Shown here in pieces: positions 13,791 through 27,200 of a stretch of 64,000 nt of DNA. The notes under the pieces were generated by a model. It ran no database searches and was not told the DNA's origin. It saw only the letters and a program-made list of their open reading frames with translations. A program made the position numbers and the translations under genes. Where the stretch lies: contig NC_045696.1 in assembly GCF_009834535.1 (NCBI RefSeq), positions 95,792,001-95,856,000 of the forward strand, given 5' to 3'. Source of the DNA: Camelus ferus. Its lineage: Eukaryota. The stretch's first letter is position 1, and the number at the start of each line of letters is the position of its first letter.

Positions 13791-14719
13791 TCATCAGTCC
13801 AAAACAGATTTGTTATCAAGATCCTAATCAGTGCCTAAATGACATCTCTAAATAAATCACGAAGTACACTTTGTGATTGGTTTGTTGCAACATTTTGTAA
13901 GAAGTTAAAAAAAAAAAAAGCTGTTATCTAGTCAAAATCCAGGGTAATGCTGTTAGCATGGGTTACAAACCATGTAAACAAAACCTGCTTGTAATGGACC
14001 AAGCTTTGGGCCAAAAGATAGGGGGTGTAGGGTCTTGTCCAAGCTCTACCATTCATTAAGCTGGAACTTTTTATTAGACTGAAGTACCACAAGTCTCAAT
14101 AAAAGCATGTCAGAAACCAAACAGGTTTTCTTTTTTTTCTCAAGGGTTATATAGTGACTTTGTTCATATGGTTAAGTGGTATTTAAAATTAATCTAACCA
14201 AGGATTTAGCCTAGAGTGGCAGGAAACATCACGTACAGATATTGGACTCATACCTGCTGCATCCTGAGGGCCTGAGAGAGACCTGCCCATAAAGCTGGTC
14301 ACCAGGAGGTTCTTTAGAGATGTGAGGAACTGGAGATTTTCTGTTTGATGTGTCAGGACCTAGTAAATAGATGAACAGTCACAGATCAGTAAACCCACAA
14401 TTCTCAGGCTTATCGATCAGGGATCAGTACTTAGGGGAAAGTAATTTTTAGAGATAGAATTCAATCCAATCAGGGGTCAATCAACATAAGTATATGTTTG
14501 ACCTCTTGAAAATGTACATATTAATTTCAAAGCCTATCATTAACTTAATTATTAAAATGCTTATTTTTTATTGATGTGTGGTGCAGTCTTTCCTGAATGC
14601 CCTAGGCATGGCTTTTGGTTTGTGAGGTTATGAAACACCACGCACACAGTTCAGAATAAACTGTTCTTTTTCGTTCCCCCACAGATTTGCATCACACATC
14701 AGCTGACTAATATCTGTGG

Positions 14720-15225
14720 AGTTTTGGATGCCCTTTCCCACACCTCTGTATCGTGGAGAGTGGAATTCTGTGTTGACAGTTACTTTTTTTCAGCACTTAT
14801 TTTATTACTTGTGGCTGTTACTGTTTCTGTTGTGAGGCCAGCTTTCATCTAATTATTGCTTCTTTGATTTGAAGATTATCTACCTTTATGTCTCTGTGTT
14901 TTGTTATTTCTGACTTTAGTTTTCAGTGGTTATATCATGATGTGTATAGCATAGAGCATCCTTATATACCCTGTTTTATGGATTTCATCAGTTTTGAAAG
15001 TTATCAGCCTTCATTTTTAGTTAAAGATTTAGGTAAAATTTACCCACTTAAGTATAAATTATAATAGTTTTTCTAAACATATACACCTGTATAACTCTCT
15101 ATCAGAATAAAGAATATATGACAATTCTATCACTTGAAAGTTTCCTTAAGCCCCTTTGCAGTTAATATCATCTGAACTCTGTTTTCGTACTAGCATTGAT
15201 CTACTTTCCAGTAGATTATTTTTGC
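14720..15225 (-). mobile_element. Old L1 fragments (antisense)
   Basis: T-rich degenerate L1-like text; ends approximate. Confidence 0.5.
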
Positions 15226-15739
15226 CTAATAAAGCGGGGATCTAAAAGGCCACGTGCATGTAAAGAGCTGTGCAAATGCCTTGGAAAAATCTGAGAAAGC
15301 TCTAAGTTCTAATCTCTGGCTCACTTCAAAACTCCTCACAAGCTGGAAGTGATAGCTAAGGAAGGGTAATAAACTGCCTTCCTTGAGCACTGAAAGTATG
15401 CCCCAGTACACACACAGATTCTCAGAAAAGGCTTGGAGCCTTATTGGTTCTAGGCATTTAAGGAGATCTCTGTCCAATTATTATCTGACCACTAAGCTAA
15501 CTAAGCAGAGACTTCAGTGGCCACACATGACAAAGAATAGATGTAACAGTGTGGAAAAACGAGTTGTGATATAAAAGAGATTAAGTAACAACCCTTGAAT
15601 TTGAGCTGGAAATACCAGAAAGAAATCAAGAATTACTTTATCTTTTAAAGTGTGCCTTTGTGTAAAATTCCTAGTTTTGTTCACTGAAAAAAACTTAGTG
15701 CTCAGATTGTGGTATTGAAATATCACCATTGACATAAAT

Positions 15740-16610
15740 CAGATATTAACAGGAAACCAGGGATTTCTGGATAAATGGCTAATTCTAAATCAGTTTTAAG
15801 GAATATATAAGATGAGCCTGAAAAATATTGGCATACCAGACTGCAAGGAAGATCTCAATGACTTCCAAAGTCATATTGAGTGGACTGAAAAGAGCTTCCA
15901 CTGGCCCCAAATGGGAAAATGTGAGCTACTTTAATAAGTAATTAATCAATAAAATAGTGTTAAATCCTTGGGTCCATACTGATATATTATTTTTAATTAA
16001 TTGGTTGAATTCTGAAGATAACAGGGAATCAATTCATAATCTTGAAAAGTAGACAGGTAAAAGGAAATAATCAACAATTTTCCTACCTTTCTTATATGAA
16101 ATGAGCCATTGATAACTAAATAATACATCAGCCTGATCATCTTGTATAAAAATTTCCAGATACAATGTGTAAAAGTAAAATAATCAAATTAAAACATCAT
16201 TTTGCAATCTCCAGTGAATTAATCAATCTGTACTTTGAGCCTCGGTGGCTTCTAACATGAGAAAAGAGACAATTCTGTTCTTAATAAAAGAAAACTCCAC
16301 CATGTATATTCTTGTCAAAAAGATTGAACCTGAATCTGATCAAGCCTCTGTATTCCAACTGATTAATTCACAGGAAATATAGAAGACGGAAAAACATGGT
16401 AAACTGCAAAGGAGTGTGCAATCAGTGAAATCCCGACTTCAGGAAGCCCTGAAAGTCTAATGGCCCAGGTTCTTCAACAGGTAAATTAGGAATCAAGTGT
16501 ACCTGTAGATTAAAAGAGATTTGAAAAGATACACCATGTTTTAAATTGTGCGAGAATAAACTAGATTTCCTAGGGATTCAGAGTCGGGTAATAATATTAT
16601 ATTTAGGTTA
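15740..16610 (+). mobile_element. Old L1 (L1MC-like) 3' region
   Basis: gaacctgaatctgatcaagcctct...ttcttcaac...tagattaaaagagatt motifs. Confidence 0.6.
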
Positions 16611-17280
16611 AAAAAATTTTTTTTAATGTCTAAATTCAAATATCAAGTAAGACTCAATTGAAATAGAAAATATTTAGAATAAGTAGATATCAAAAAGTGC
16701 AGAAAGCCTTTCAAACAGCACTCAGACAAAAATGTATATTCAAAATTTTTATTATCAAAATGAAAAACATCTCAAAATATATGACTTATGCATCTGTGGT
16801 AGACTCTCCTTTTTTCCTTGCCACTAACCACGGAGGCAGTAACTGAAGAAACAGCTGTAAAGAGATAGAGTCTATACATATGAATTGATGTGCATGTGTG
16901 TTTGCGTACACTTTTTCCCCCTTTTATTTTAGTAGTGAATTCTGAGAAATTCTCAGGTGACCTGAGAAAGGGTCAGCAAAAGCTATCATAGAGGAGGTAA
17001 GAATCTCTTAAGAAGTGAATTAGAGCTATTTGAATAGATAATCCTCAGGTGTTTGTGGCGCTTGTGGGTAAGAGGTAGCACCTTCCTTGCAGAAAGAAAG
17101 GTCAGGAGTCACCTGAAAAGTTTGGGTTTGGTTGCCTAACTATAGGGAACAGCCAAGAACACAGAGATAAGCCTGGAGATAAATTCAGGCTCCACAAGTC
17201 ACACAGGAATCTGAGCTTTATGCTGAGGGAGCTGGGGAAATGTTACACACTTTGTCAGGAGACCTTGTACTCCTCCTGCC

Positions 17281-18145
17281 TGAGGCCATCCCAGCTTATT
17301 CCCCACCTCATATTTACAATTATCTCAGTTTGTACAATAAATTATTTGCTCATCCATCTATAAAAGTTATTCAGGGTAACTGTGTCTGACCTCGATTAGT
17401 TAGGTTGACAGGGAAGTGGTATTGGAAAGACACCCAGTCATCCACATAAGATCTGATGACACTGAATTGTGTGTGAGGGAACCCCTGGCAGAAAGTGCAG
17501 TGTGTACTATCTTCCTGTTGCTTCATCACCTTGAAACCAGAGGGCAGAAATTCACAAACTAAGCTCCCAGATCCATAAGCCCTGACCTCTTACTGGAACT
17601 GTAGACTCATACCCTGATACTTCAGCAAGAAGGAGAAACGATAAAATCCGAAGCCCACAGCTGGTGCTGGTAGGAAGAATGCTCACTCATGTCTACCGAG
17701 TCTAGAATGAGGAGCTCTAAGACTTTCTCTAAAATTAGCATAGGCTGCCTGAGGGACCAGGATGGCATGCAGGGCTGAGCCAGAGTTAAAAGTGCGTCAC
17801 ATTCTTCAAGTGCCTTCCATCCCATTTTCTGCACTCTCCTTCACGGGCCTTCAGAGTTCTGAATTTCCCCAGTGACCACACCTCTCAGATCATTCCCTTC
17901 CTGCAGTGCTGAAAGGCTGTCACCTTACTTAATCAAAACCTCCTTGCCTTTAGAGCAGCTGATTTGATCTGTTATGATAACATTAATAATAAAAGTAACT
18001 ACCAAGTAAAACTGATTGAACATATAGGCATATGCAGATGAAAATAATCATTATCATCACTTCACACATCTCATGTCCTTTTAAATAACAGATGATTAAG
18101 CCTCAAAACTAGTGTCTTATTTTTGCAGTAGTCTCACTTCTGATT
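17281..18145. repeat. Duplicated non-coding block, copy upstream of A
   Basis: Colinear with 48721..49670; 30-nt identical run ATCTGATGACACTGAATTGTGTGTGAGGGA. Confidence 0.9.
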
Positions 18146-21100
18146 GCTATTGTTGCTTTAACCACACCTCCTAAAGTTCTCCAGTTGACTTATCCATCCA
18201 TCTCTACATACCTACAGATATAGTTCACCTACAAAATTGTTCTTGTGGTTTAAAGAGTAGAGAACTTTATCTTCATCTTGCTTTTCTTTTCACTATAGAA
18301 AAAAATGTACTTCAACAAAAAACTGTATGTTGCCTAAAAGATCACTCTCTAGGTCATCTGTATCTGTCTCTAGGTTATCTGGCTCTAGTCTTTGATGGTC
18401 TTTGAAATATTTTATAACAATGCATTGCCTACATTAAGCACAACCTCCACTGCCCATTGTCTTTGAGCTTTTTTTTTATTATATTGGTCCTTTGAATTCT
18501 CTTTTGAAGGAGTTACAACATCCGGTTGGTCTCCTCACTGAATGAATTAATACAGTCTTTAACATGTGTTCATTTTTATATCTGCATGTGAGTCATAATT
18601 TTTTGATAGTCTGAAAATGATCTTTAATGGCACAGACCTTTCCAAGTCCTCATTAATCATTGTAGTATTTATACATCAACTTGATGTTTGTAATATTAAC
18701 AGCTACAATGTTTTGATTTTGTTTAATATTAAGCTTTGTAATTAAATCTGATGTTTTAAAGAGGTTTATTACATTCTTATAATACCATATTCTCAGGCCA
18801 TATCATAATTAGGTTAAAAATTTTTTTTTAAATCTGACCCTACCAGTAGGTTCATATTGCTGAATATTACCTCTCAGATAGATATTATTGCATTATTACT
18901 CATAATACTATAAGCTTGAAAATGATGGGCCAATGAATAAATTTCCAAGCTTCTAAAACTCAGTCCGTAAGGATAGGATTTGACTAGTGGCTATGGGATC
19001 TGAAGAGATTCTGAGAAGCAGCTCTGGAGGAAGCATCTCTTTCTCTCTGGTTCCAGAAAGAACAAGTCTTGGATTAAGACATGATGTCATCTGCCATCTT
19101 ACATCAACATCAAGTGATGTATTAGTTTTAAAGTTTTATCTCTAGCCCAGAGGGACAGTCAGCATGTAGTACATTCCAGAACTCCATCTGTTTCTGCCAC
19201 TCTTGTTCTGAGCCCTCTGGATGCAATACAGCACCACATGAATGATTTCTCATTGGCTCCAAGCGTTCAGCAATATGTCTTTTAAGGTCCTTGGGGGGAA
19301 AAAAAAGACTGAATCCCTTTTCCTAACATTCATTTTCTATTTGCAGTTTTCCTTAGTTCAGAGTCAGCCTTCTCTGCTCCCTCACTCCTAAATAAGAGAG
19401 TGAGAATTTGCTTAGTACTGCTGAGTTGATGACTTTCAGGGTCATCATTGCCCAGAGTGTCCCCTCCCTCCAGCCAAAGTTCTTAATCAGATTCCCTTCT
19501 GAAGGTGTCCTGTATCTTTGTAATAGACATTGTATTATTCATTGGAAAGGTTCAATGACCTTAGTATGGAAAGAGATGTTCATCTTAGATACATTCTAAA
19601 ATTTAGTCAGCAAACAACCAACCACCATCCACTCCCTATAGCATCCATGTCATGATTTTTAGTTTCTTATATAAAAGCTTCTGTCACTCAGATTTCTAGT
19701 ATTTGTCATTGCTGGTGCCATTTAGGGCTGGAAATTCTAGTATGTATTTAGAGAATTGGTCTCACAGTGACAAGCCCCAACAGATGAACACTTTTAGCCT
19801 GCAGTCTCTTTCCCAGGCCCTGAGTTCCCCTGCAGTGGCCTAGGACAGATAATTTACTAAACCAAATATGCAGTTCATGAACATGCCAGCCTCAGTCAAG
19901 TAAAGAAGCAGACAACAGTTGACCACATAAATCCCTATAAACAGAAAGGGGGAAGGAGATTTTACCACATCTTTCTCGAGTAATACCAGAAATAGACATA
20001 CCTGTTCCAAAAGATGAGCTAGCAGGTGCTGCTTGTTCTAGAGGCATGCAGAACCCATCATCCAATCTCTTCCCTTGCCAAATTATATTGAAATACAGAA
20101 GAAACATAGAAGTTAAATTTATAGCATTATTTGGTCTTATTTTTAAAAGCAACAACACTGGTTTTTCTAGTAGGAGTTGCAAAAAAACAACAACCCTAGT
20201 TTGAATCAAAGGAAGCTAGAAGCAATGCCAAGATATTAAGATGTTAGCATAAAGGGAAAAGGAGCAAGAGGGAGAAAGCACAGACAGGATGAAGGCAGCT
20301 TACAAGTACCACATCTGCCATGTTGTCCTGGGCCCTAGTGACTCTTCTGCCAGTGCCCGCTGTTCTAAAGCATCATGCTGAGACTGTGAGAATCTCTCTC
20401 CTTACTACCATACACTAAAATCCCCATCCTTTAGTACAACCCCAAAAAGGTGCTGCCTAGTGCACAAAGGGCTCTGAGTCAGTTATATGCCAGCCCCTTC
20501 AGAGATGCTTGGAAGATGACAACTTCCCATGAGGTCGATAGTAGGAGGCTTCACATTGCGAGAACACTGATAACTTTATGGACAGCAATGAAAATTATTA
20601 CCTGTTTCTTGCCATAGAGTAAGTCAGACATATAGTGAATACCTAAAATTTCTTGCAAAGTTTAATTTATTCTTGATTTATTATTCATATCGTTAGACTA
20701 ATAGAACTTACTTTTCATTTATCATATAAAATTGGGTTCCACTTTTATTTCTTCTGCATAGAAATTTAATGCCTACACAATGCCTTTAACAATTCACCAT
20801 GAAGACTGAAGTTCTGTATTCTCTAGTTTCACTGCTTACCATTGTCAATTCCAGACTGAACCAAAACTGATTTGATTATGTGACTTTGTAGTGTAGAACA
20901 ATTCTAAAAAGCATTAGTTTCAGAAATTTATTACTCAGCAGCTGTTATATGTTAACATGTAGTCAAACCCAATTTGTGAGAAACTATCAAAGTTATACCT
21001 ATAATTTTATAATAATATTGGGTAATTTGGATAACACTGTTTCAAAACTGGGCAACATTGTACAGAATGCCAAATCCTGGTCGTGGAAGATAGTCATTGA

Positions 21101-23610
21101 TAAAGATAGTGACCAAGAGATGGTGTGAGGGGCATCTATATCCTATTAGAAAATGAAGTTGCAAGAATATCCTGCAGCTGTAGGGACAAACCACTCCATC
21201 AACATGTCCAGATATATGTCCATCATTGTGTTTTGCATATCTGAACAAAATCATATCTGAATAAAATCATGTACCAAAAACTAGTGTGCATAATGTAGCG
21301 AAAGGTGTGAAATTTCACATTCGCTTACATGTTTAATTGGAGGAGGTTGATTTCACAGTGCTCCAGAAGTGGGTATTATAAAGATTTACTTTTCCATTTA
21401 GCCTCATGCTGAACATGAGGTCACCTGCAAAGCCATCTTCATTTCCCTTATGACTCTAAAATTGTGTTAGTTCATATTATTTGCTTCCCTCAAAGCTAAG
21501 AACTAGTAAAAGTAGTGACATTACATCTCTAGGCATATGAAGAATGCACATAGACCACAGCTTGTTCTATCTGTACACTTCCTGGGATTTCACTGAATGT
21601 TAACATAAATGTAATTCACAACTTTCTCAGCCATGCATGGCAGTCTTGTGCTTTGTCTTTGAGAGACCTACTTTTTCTGGCCCATCTGTTTATACCAACA
21701 TAGAAAATGTCAAACACAACTTATGTAAAAACTGTAACAGTGCATTTACACAAACAAATTTAGAAAAATGCACAATTTGGTACATGCATGTTTATATATA
21801 ATCTAGTTACAGAAGAGTTTAGTTTTTGAATGTGTTTAGTTCTTTTCTAATCATCTTGGATGCTGGAGTCCTCATAAAGTTCCATTCTCACTGTTCTTCC
21901 ACAGTTTTTTTCGGAGGAGTTATTTTGAACATTTACTTTTCCCTATAAGCTTTAAGACTCTCTTATTGAACACTAAAACGACAAAAACAAAAAAGCAATA
22001 CTATGGATTGAACATAAATTTCAGTACATACATATTAATCTGGAAGAATAAACTTTTTACAATAGTTTCTTTCTATTCAAGAACATTTAATACCTTCATA
22101 TCTAATTTTTTATCCTTCAAAGTTTTGTGAATGAATCAATGAAAAATTATATGCAATAATGCTGCAATTAGTTTAAAGAATTTTCTTAGTGGATAATGTT
22201 TATAAAACAAATCTTGAACATAAACTGCCTTCTCATTTGATTTGAGTGATTAATGATTAATTCATGCAAATAAATTTTTGCCAAGCCTGGTTTAAGATGA
22301 CATCTTTGACTAATGTCTTTCTCTTTTATAAATGAATCTAGAAAACTGTTAAATAGGACGTTATATTCTCACATTACATACAATGGGGCAACTAATAGCA
22401 AAGAAAACATATTCATCAACACTTTTGGAATGTAATAGCTCAGTGTTTGAATTTCAGAGAAGAGCCTAATGTGGTGAAATGTGCTGAAAGATTAGTGAAC
22501 AAATTATGTATCCAGAGAACCCAAAAGCAACTAATCAAGCTACCAAAATGACCCCAAAAATGTGTTTTGGGATCAGATTATCAATCAAACTAACAAAACA
22601 CAATTAGATTTATATAGCAACACATTTACTCAGCTTTAGGAAATACACAGAACAGGGAAAACAGCACCATGAAAAAAGCAACATCACAGGGGCCTCAGTA
22701 AATTAGATACAGCTTATGATGTCCTTTAACAGGAATACATTTTAGTCATGAGGTTCATGTGGACTAATGTGAGCTTGGGCCCTATCATCATAGGAAAGTC
22801 AACAGATCCAGAGACCATCAGCTTAAATATCTTTTTAGTTATGTCACTCTTGTGAGGATAAATGATTCACTCCAGAAATTCAAAGTAATAAAATAAATAA
22901 TTCTCACTGCCATGTACAATTGGTGAGGGAACTTCTTGGATAAATAATCAGTACATAGAAATCAAAGCAGTAACTCATCTACCATCGGGGCTGATATTTC
23001 TAAAAGTTTGATTAAGGGTCAAACACTTAGGCTTTTGGAAGGATTTGCAGTTCAGATGTTAGTCTTTCCTTCTACAGGCAAAGAAGTCTACCAATACGTC
23101 TGAAAGAAGACTTTGTATATTAAGTGAATCAGGAAAAATGTGATAACTTACATAGAGTGGATAAAATTAATTTTTGGACCACAAATTGAAAAAAAGAAAA
23201 AAAAGGCTTGACTATAAGTTGGGTTCCCTGGCCCCATCTAAATGCCATTGCAATTTTCCTGTCTTAAAATTTTTGCTCAGCATTACCATTCCTGTCACTG
23301 CCTGAAAAGGATAGTGCCTATTTTGCTTATAATCATGCTTCCCTTTATACTTTACTATTATTGGTGAATATTTAAAATTTATCAAACAGAATAAGTGAAA
23401 TTTAGTGGGATTAATACAGTGAAAGTTCTTCATTTAAGCAAGATCTAAGATTAGGGAAATTAATTTGTTCAAAGATGCACAGTAACCTTTGCTCTGATTT
23501 AAACTTAGGTTTATCCAAAACTAAAATCACTATTCTGTCCCTTAAACTCACAAATTTCAAAATAACCTTTGGACTACAATACTAAGTGACTAGCTAGCTG
23601 CATGTATGAT

Positions 23611-24213
23611 TTATAGATTTTCTTCTAGCCAATTAATATACTTATCTTTTATTCTAATACCTAGTTGTAAATAAACTGGTAATGTCATGAATGATAAAGC
23701 TCCATGGACTCCATCCTCCATATGGTCATGAGAAACTTTAACTCCGGCATTTCGAAGTCGTGAGACATATATAAGTCCATCATCTCTTAGGATATCATGT
23801 TGACAGGTGACAACATAAGTTAATGGCAAATTTTGTAACTGGGAATCATTGGTTGCCAAAGGTGATAACCTATTATCCAAAAGTATTGAAAACGAAGTGT
23901 TAAGTCTCCCCAAAACTGGTTCAGTATATACATGCTGCTTTCTGTATTTCTCAGGAAGGAAGGTACTCCAGTTAACCAACTTGAACAGATGTCCTGATCC
24001 ATGAGGCATGTGTTGGTTTTTTCTCATTGCCTGGGTCAGTGCTTTATCGTTGGTCAAATAGAGGCATCCGAGTTCAATTGCCATGTTCCTTGACAGAACT
24101 GGTCCATGCTCATATTCTTGGTGAGATGGCATAGAGATATCAACTAGCTGTAAACCAGGGTAAATTAAAGCTTGTGCCTTAAATTTATTTTTGAATTCTG
24201 GATCATTTTGTAT
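23611..24213 (-). CDS. Copy B exon 5 (IQNDPEFK...WLEENL*)
   Basis: Acceptor ttttttcag|ATA; 603 nt to TAA; matches ORF 23611..24258 once its intronic extension is removed. Confidence 0.95.
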   Translation of the reverse strand: MQNDPEFKNKFKAQALIYPGLQLVDISMPSHQEYEHGPVLSRNMAIELGCLYLTNDKALTQAMRKNQHMPHGSGHLFKLVNWSTFLPEKYRKQHVYTEPVLGRLNTSFSILLDNRLSPLATNDSQLQNLPLTYVVTCQHDILRDDGLIYVSRLRNAGVKVSHDHMEDGVHGALSFMTLPVYLQLGIRIKDKYINWLEENL

Positions 24214-27200
24214 CTGAAAAAATGTATAATAAAGTATGAATGAGTCAAAGGCTTCCAAACTGCAAGAGGGGGAGGCTTTACTCCAATAATCATATCAGCA
24301 GTTATGATGTAAATAATTATAAAAATGATATAGTACCTAATGTTTATTTTGACAGTATTTGTACTTTAAGGGCATTGAAATGTGTCATCCTACTTTTCAT
24401 CAGTAATGATTCACACATACCTACACACACATGTTTATTCACATATGACCACCAAATAAAAATACAGTTACCAGATTCCTAGGGAAGATGACAAGCTCTC
24501 TGTATTAAATCATTTTTGAACTAAAGTAATGTTAGTAAGGAGAAAGAATGAGTATAATAATAAAATACCAATGCCCAAACTCACATATTAACTAGACTCA
24601 ACAGGAACTGAGCCAAGTTAAAGGAAGTATTCCTAATATACAACTCACCTTCTGGAGAAAATAGTGTAATATGATGGGAAATATAACAGTAATAGCAGTT
24701 TATGAAAATGCGAAGGGCAAGAAAAGACATGGAGCGTTGTAGCTGGAGCTTCTCTTTCTTACTAGAGATAACCTAAGATCTAAGGTATGGGGTGAAAAGA
24801 GCCGCCATACATTTCCCTTTCCTATTCTTTTACACTTCCACTCTACAGGAGAAAACCTTTGATTAAATCCCTGAGGAGCAATTCCCTGAGCCGCAGACCA
24901 ACATCTGCAACAGTGACATCTGGACAAGTCAATATACCTGCTGCCACTCCTTGATTACTCCCCAGTGCCCTCAGACAGGCTAAACCAACTGGATCACCTC
25001 ACAGACTGGGTGGAAGAAACAGCAGTCACCACATAAACAAAAAGAGGCAGAGAGAATCAACCAGTACCTTCTCAGGCTAGCAGCAGAAGTGATCCCACAA
25101 GATGAGTTAGCAGATCCTGCTAGTTGTAAAGGTATGTATCCCTCTGCTTATGATACATTTGCTCCATAAAAAATGGTTTGGGGGGTAAGAATTTTCTATT
25201 GGACTGAGTTCATTTTTCAAATATAATAATTAATTGGGCAGTTATTATTTAACTGCACACAACAAGGGTTTTAATGTAGGCCATTTTTCTTTTTTATTAC
25301 AATAGTGATTCCCCCATGTAAGCATGACATATGGCCCGAACGGTATCTGCTGACACTCTCCTTGATTGAAAACATGAACTCCAGTAATCCCAAGTACTTG
25401 GCAGACTTTATGCTTTACCCAAGGAGAACGACAAATCCCTTGTCATGTTAAATAGTAGCTCCTAGACACTCTTCTATTTTTCTCAAAATTGGTGGCAAAA
25501 TAAGAGCCTTATTTAACATGATATTTTGTTTCTCCCCATGCCTCTAAAACCACTTCTGTCTAAAGATAAAATTATGTAAAAGGACAGAAGAGGTTTGTTT
25601 TTGGTTTGTTTTTGCCATTGAACAGTTTGAAATATAAGGCCAATAAAAATATTCTAACAAATAAAATTATTCTTTTCTGTTAGAATTACAGCATGTGTGT
25701 ATGTGTTATAAACACATATAATACATAAAACATACCTGTTGAACCACTCCTGCTGCCAGTGTACCCCCAGAACTATCACCTGAAATACAGATTCGGGTGG
25801 GATCCACTCCATATTCTGCAAGAGTTTTATCCTCTAGAAAGAATTTGACCACAGAAATGACATCTTCATAGGGAGTAGGAAACTGATATTGAGGAGCTAG
25901 TCTGTAGCTTCAGGGAAAAAAAAAAAGAAAGAGAGAGAGAGAGAGAAAGAAAGCAACAAAGCACATATGATTAAACTTCAGTTGCATATATCCAACTATC
26001 TCTCAATTTAACCAGCAGGTCCAGAGAACAAAATTGGCCTTACTTTGAATCTTTAATTTCACCAATCATACCTGGACTTACTACTAACATATCTTTTTAA
26101 AATAAAAAATAGATTCTGGTGTAAAGTTTTTTAAATACTGGGTTCTATGGGGAGATGCAAAAGATAAGGATTATGTCTTCATCTTCGTAAAACTGTATGT
26201 AAATTTGTCAGCAAAAGTGCAATCAGTTGGGGAGATGCACTGTAGCATTTATCAGGTTCTCAATGTAGTCAGTGACAGATATTTTCACAACTATTGTTGG
26301 GAGTGCACAAGAAATTTTAAAAGCAGCAAATCTGAGAGCAAATGACTTGTAGGTTTCTTATATTAGAAATTTATTTAGGTAAAAATTCCATAAGATAGCA
26401 TGTCCTGTTTTATATCATAACCTGAATGAATACATAAAGATGAGTTTACATACGACCTGAAAACAATTCAAAAGAGAAGCTTTGAAACAAATATTTTAAG
26501 TATAGTAAGTGATATTGCTTAACAGCTGTAAAGTCATTTGTAAAGCAAATTATTACAGCATCCATTGATGTGTATAATATGTATATACCTCTATATTTTT
26601 TCTTCTAATGTGGGAGCACACTATTGGGTTGTCTTATTTTTTATTTCTACCTATACTAGTAATCTCACTATCCATAAGAATTGGTGAATTAATAAGGTCA
26701 AAACTAACCATTAAATGCTGGCCAGATGGCCCTTGCAATTCTGTCATATTATAATCTGTATCTAAAATATCTGAAATATAGTATAACTAAACAAAATACT
26801 ATATCAAAATGTAACTGTTACTTTAAATGTTCTTCAGAGTAGAAAAAAACAACAAATACTATAAGTAACTGATGGAATTCTTAAACTAGGTACAGCACAT
26901 ATCACCATTTAAAAAGTATATTTAAAATAGCAAAGTGGTATGTTAGGTTAAAAATATTATAGAGGGAAAGGGAGAGCATCCTAGTTATTATGAATTAGAA
27001 ATATCTCTGAAAACACACAGTCTTCTGGTTGCTCTACGGTAGAAACAACGGGGAGGACAGCACTTAGTTCCACCTGTGTGTTCTGTTTACACCTCTTAGG
27101 TTCTCACCAGGAAATTCCACTAATGTTCTTGCTTCAGCTTTGGGCTAGGAGTCTCTGAGTACGTTTCTGTACTACATAACTGATAGGAGAAGTGGGAAAA

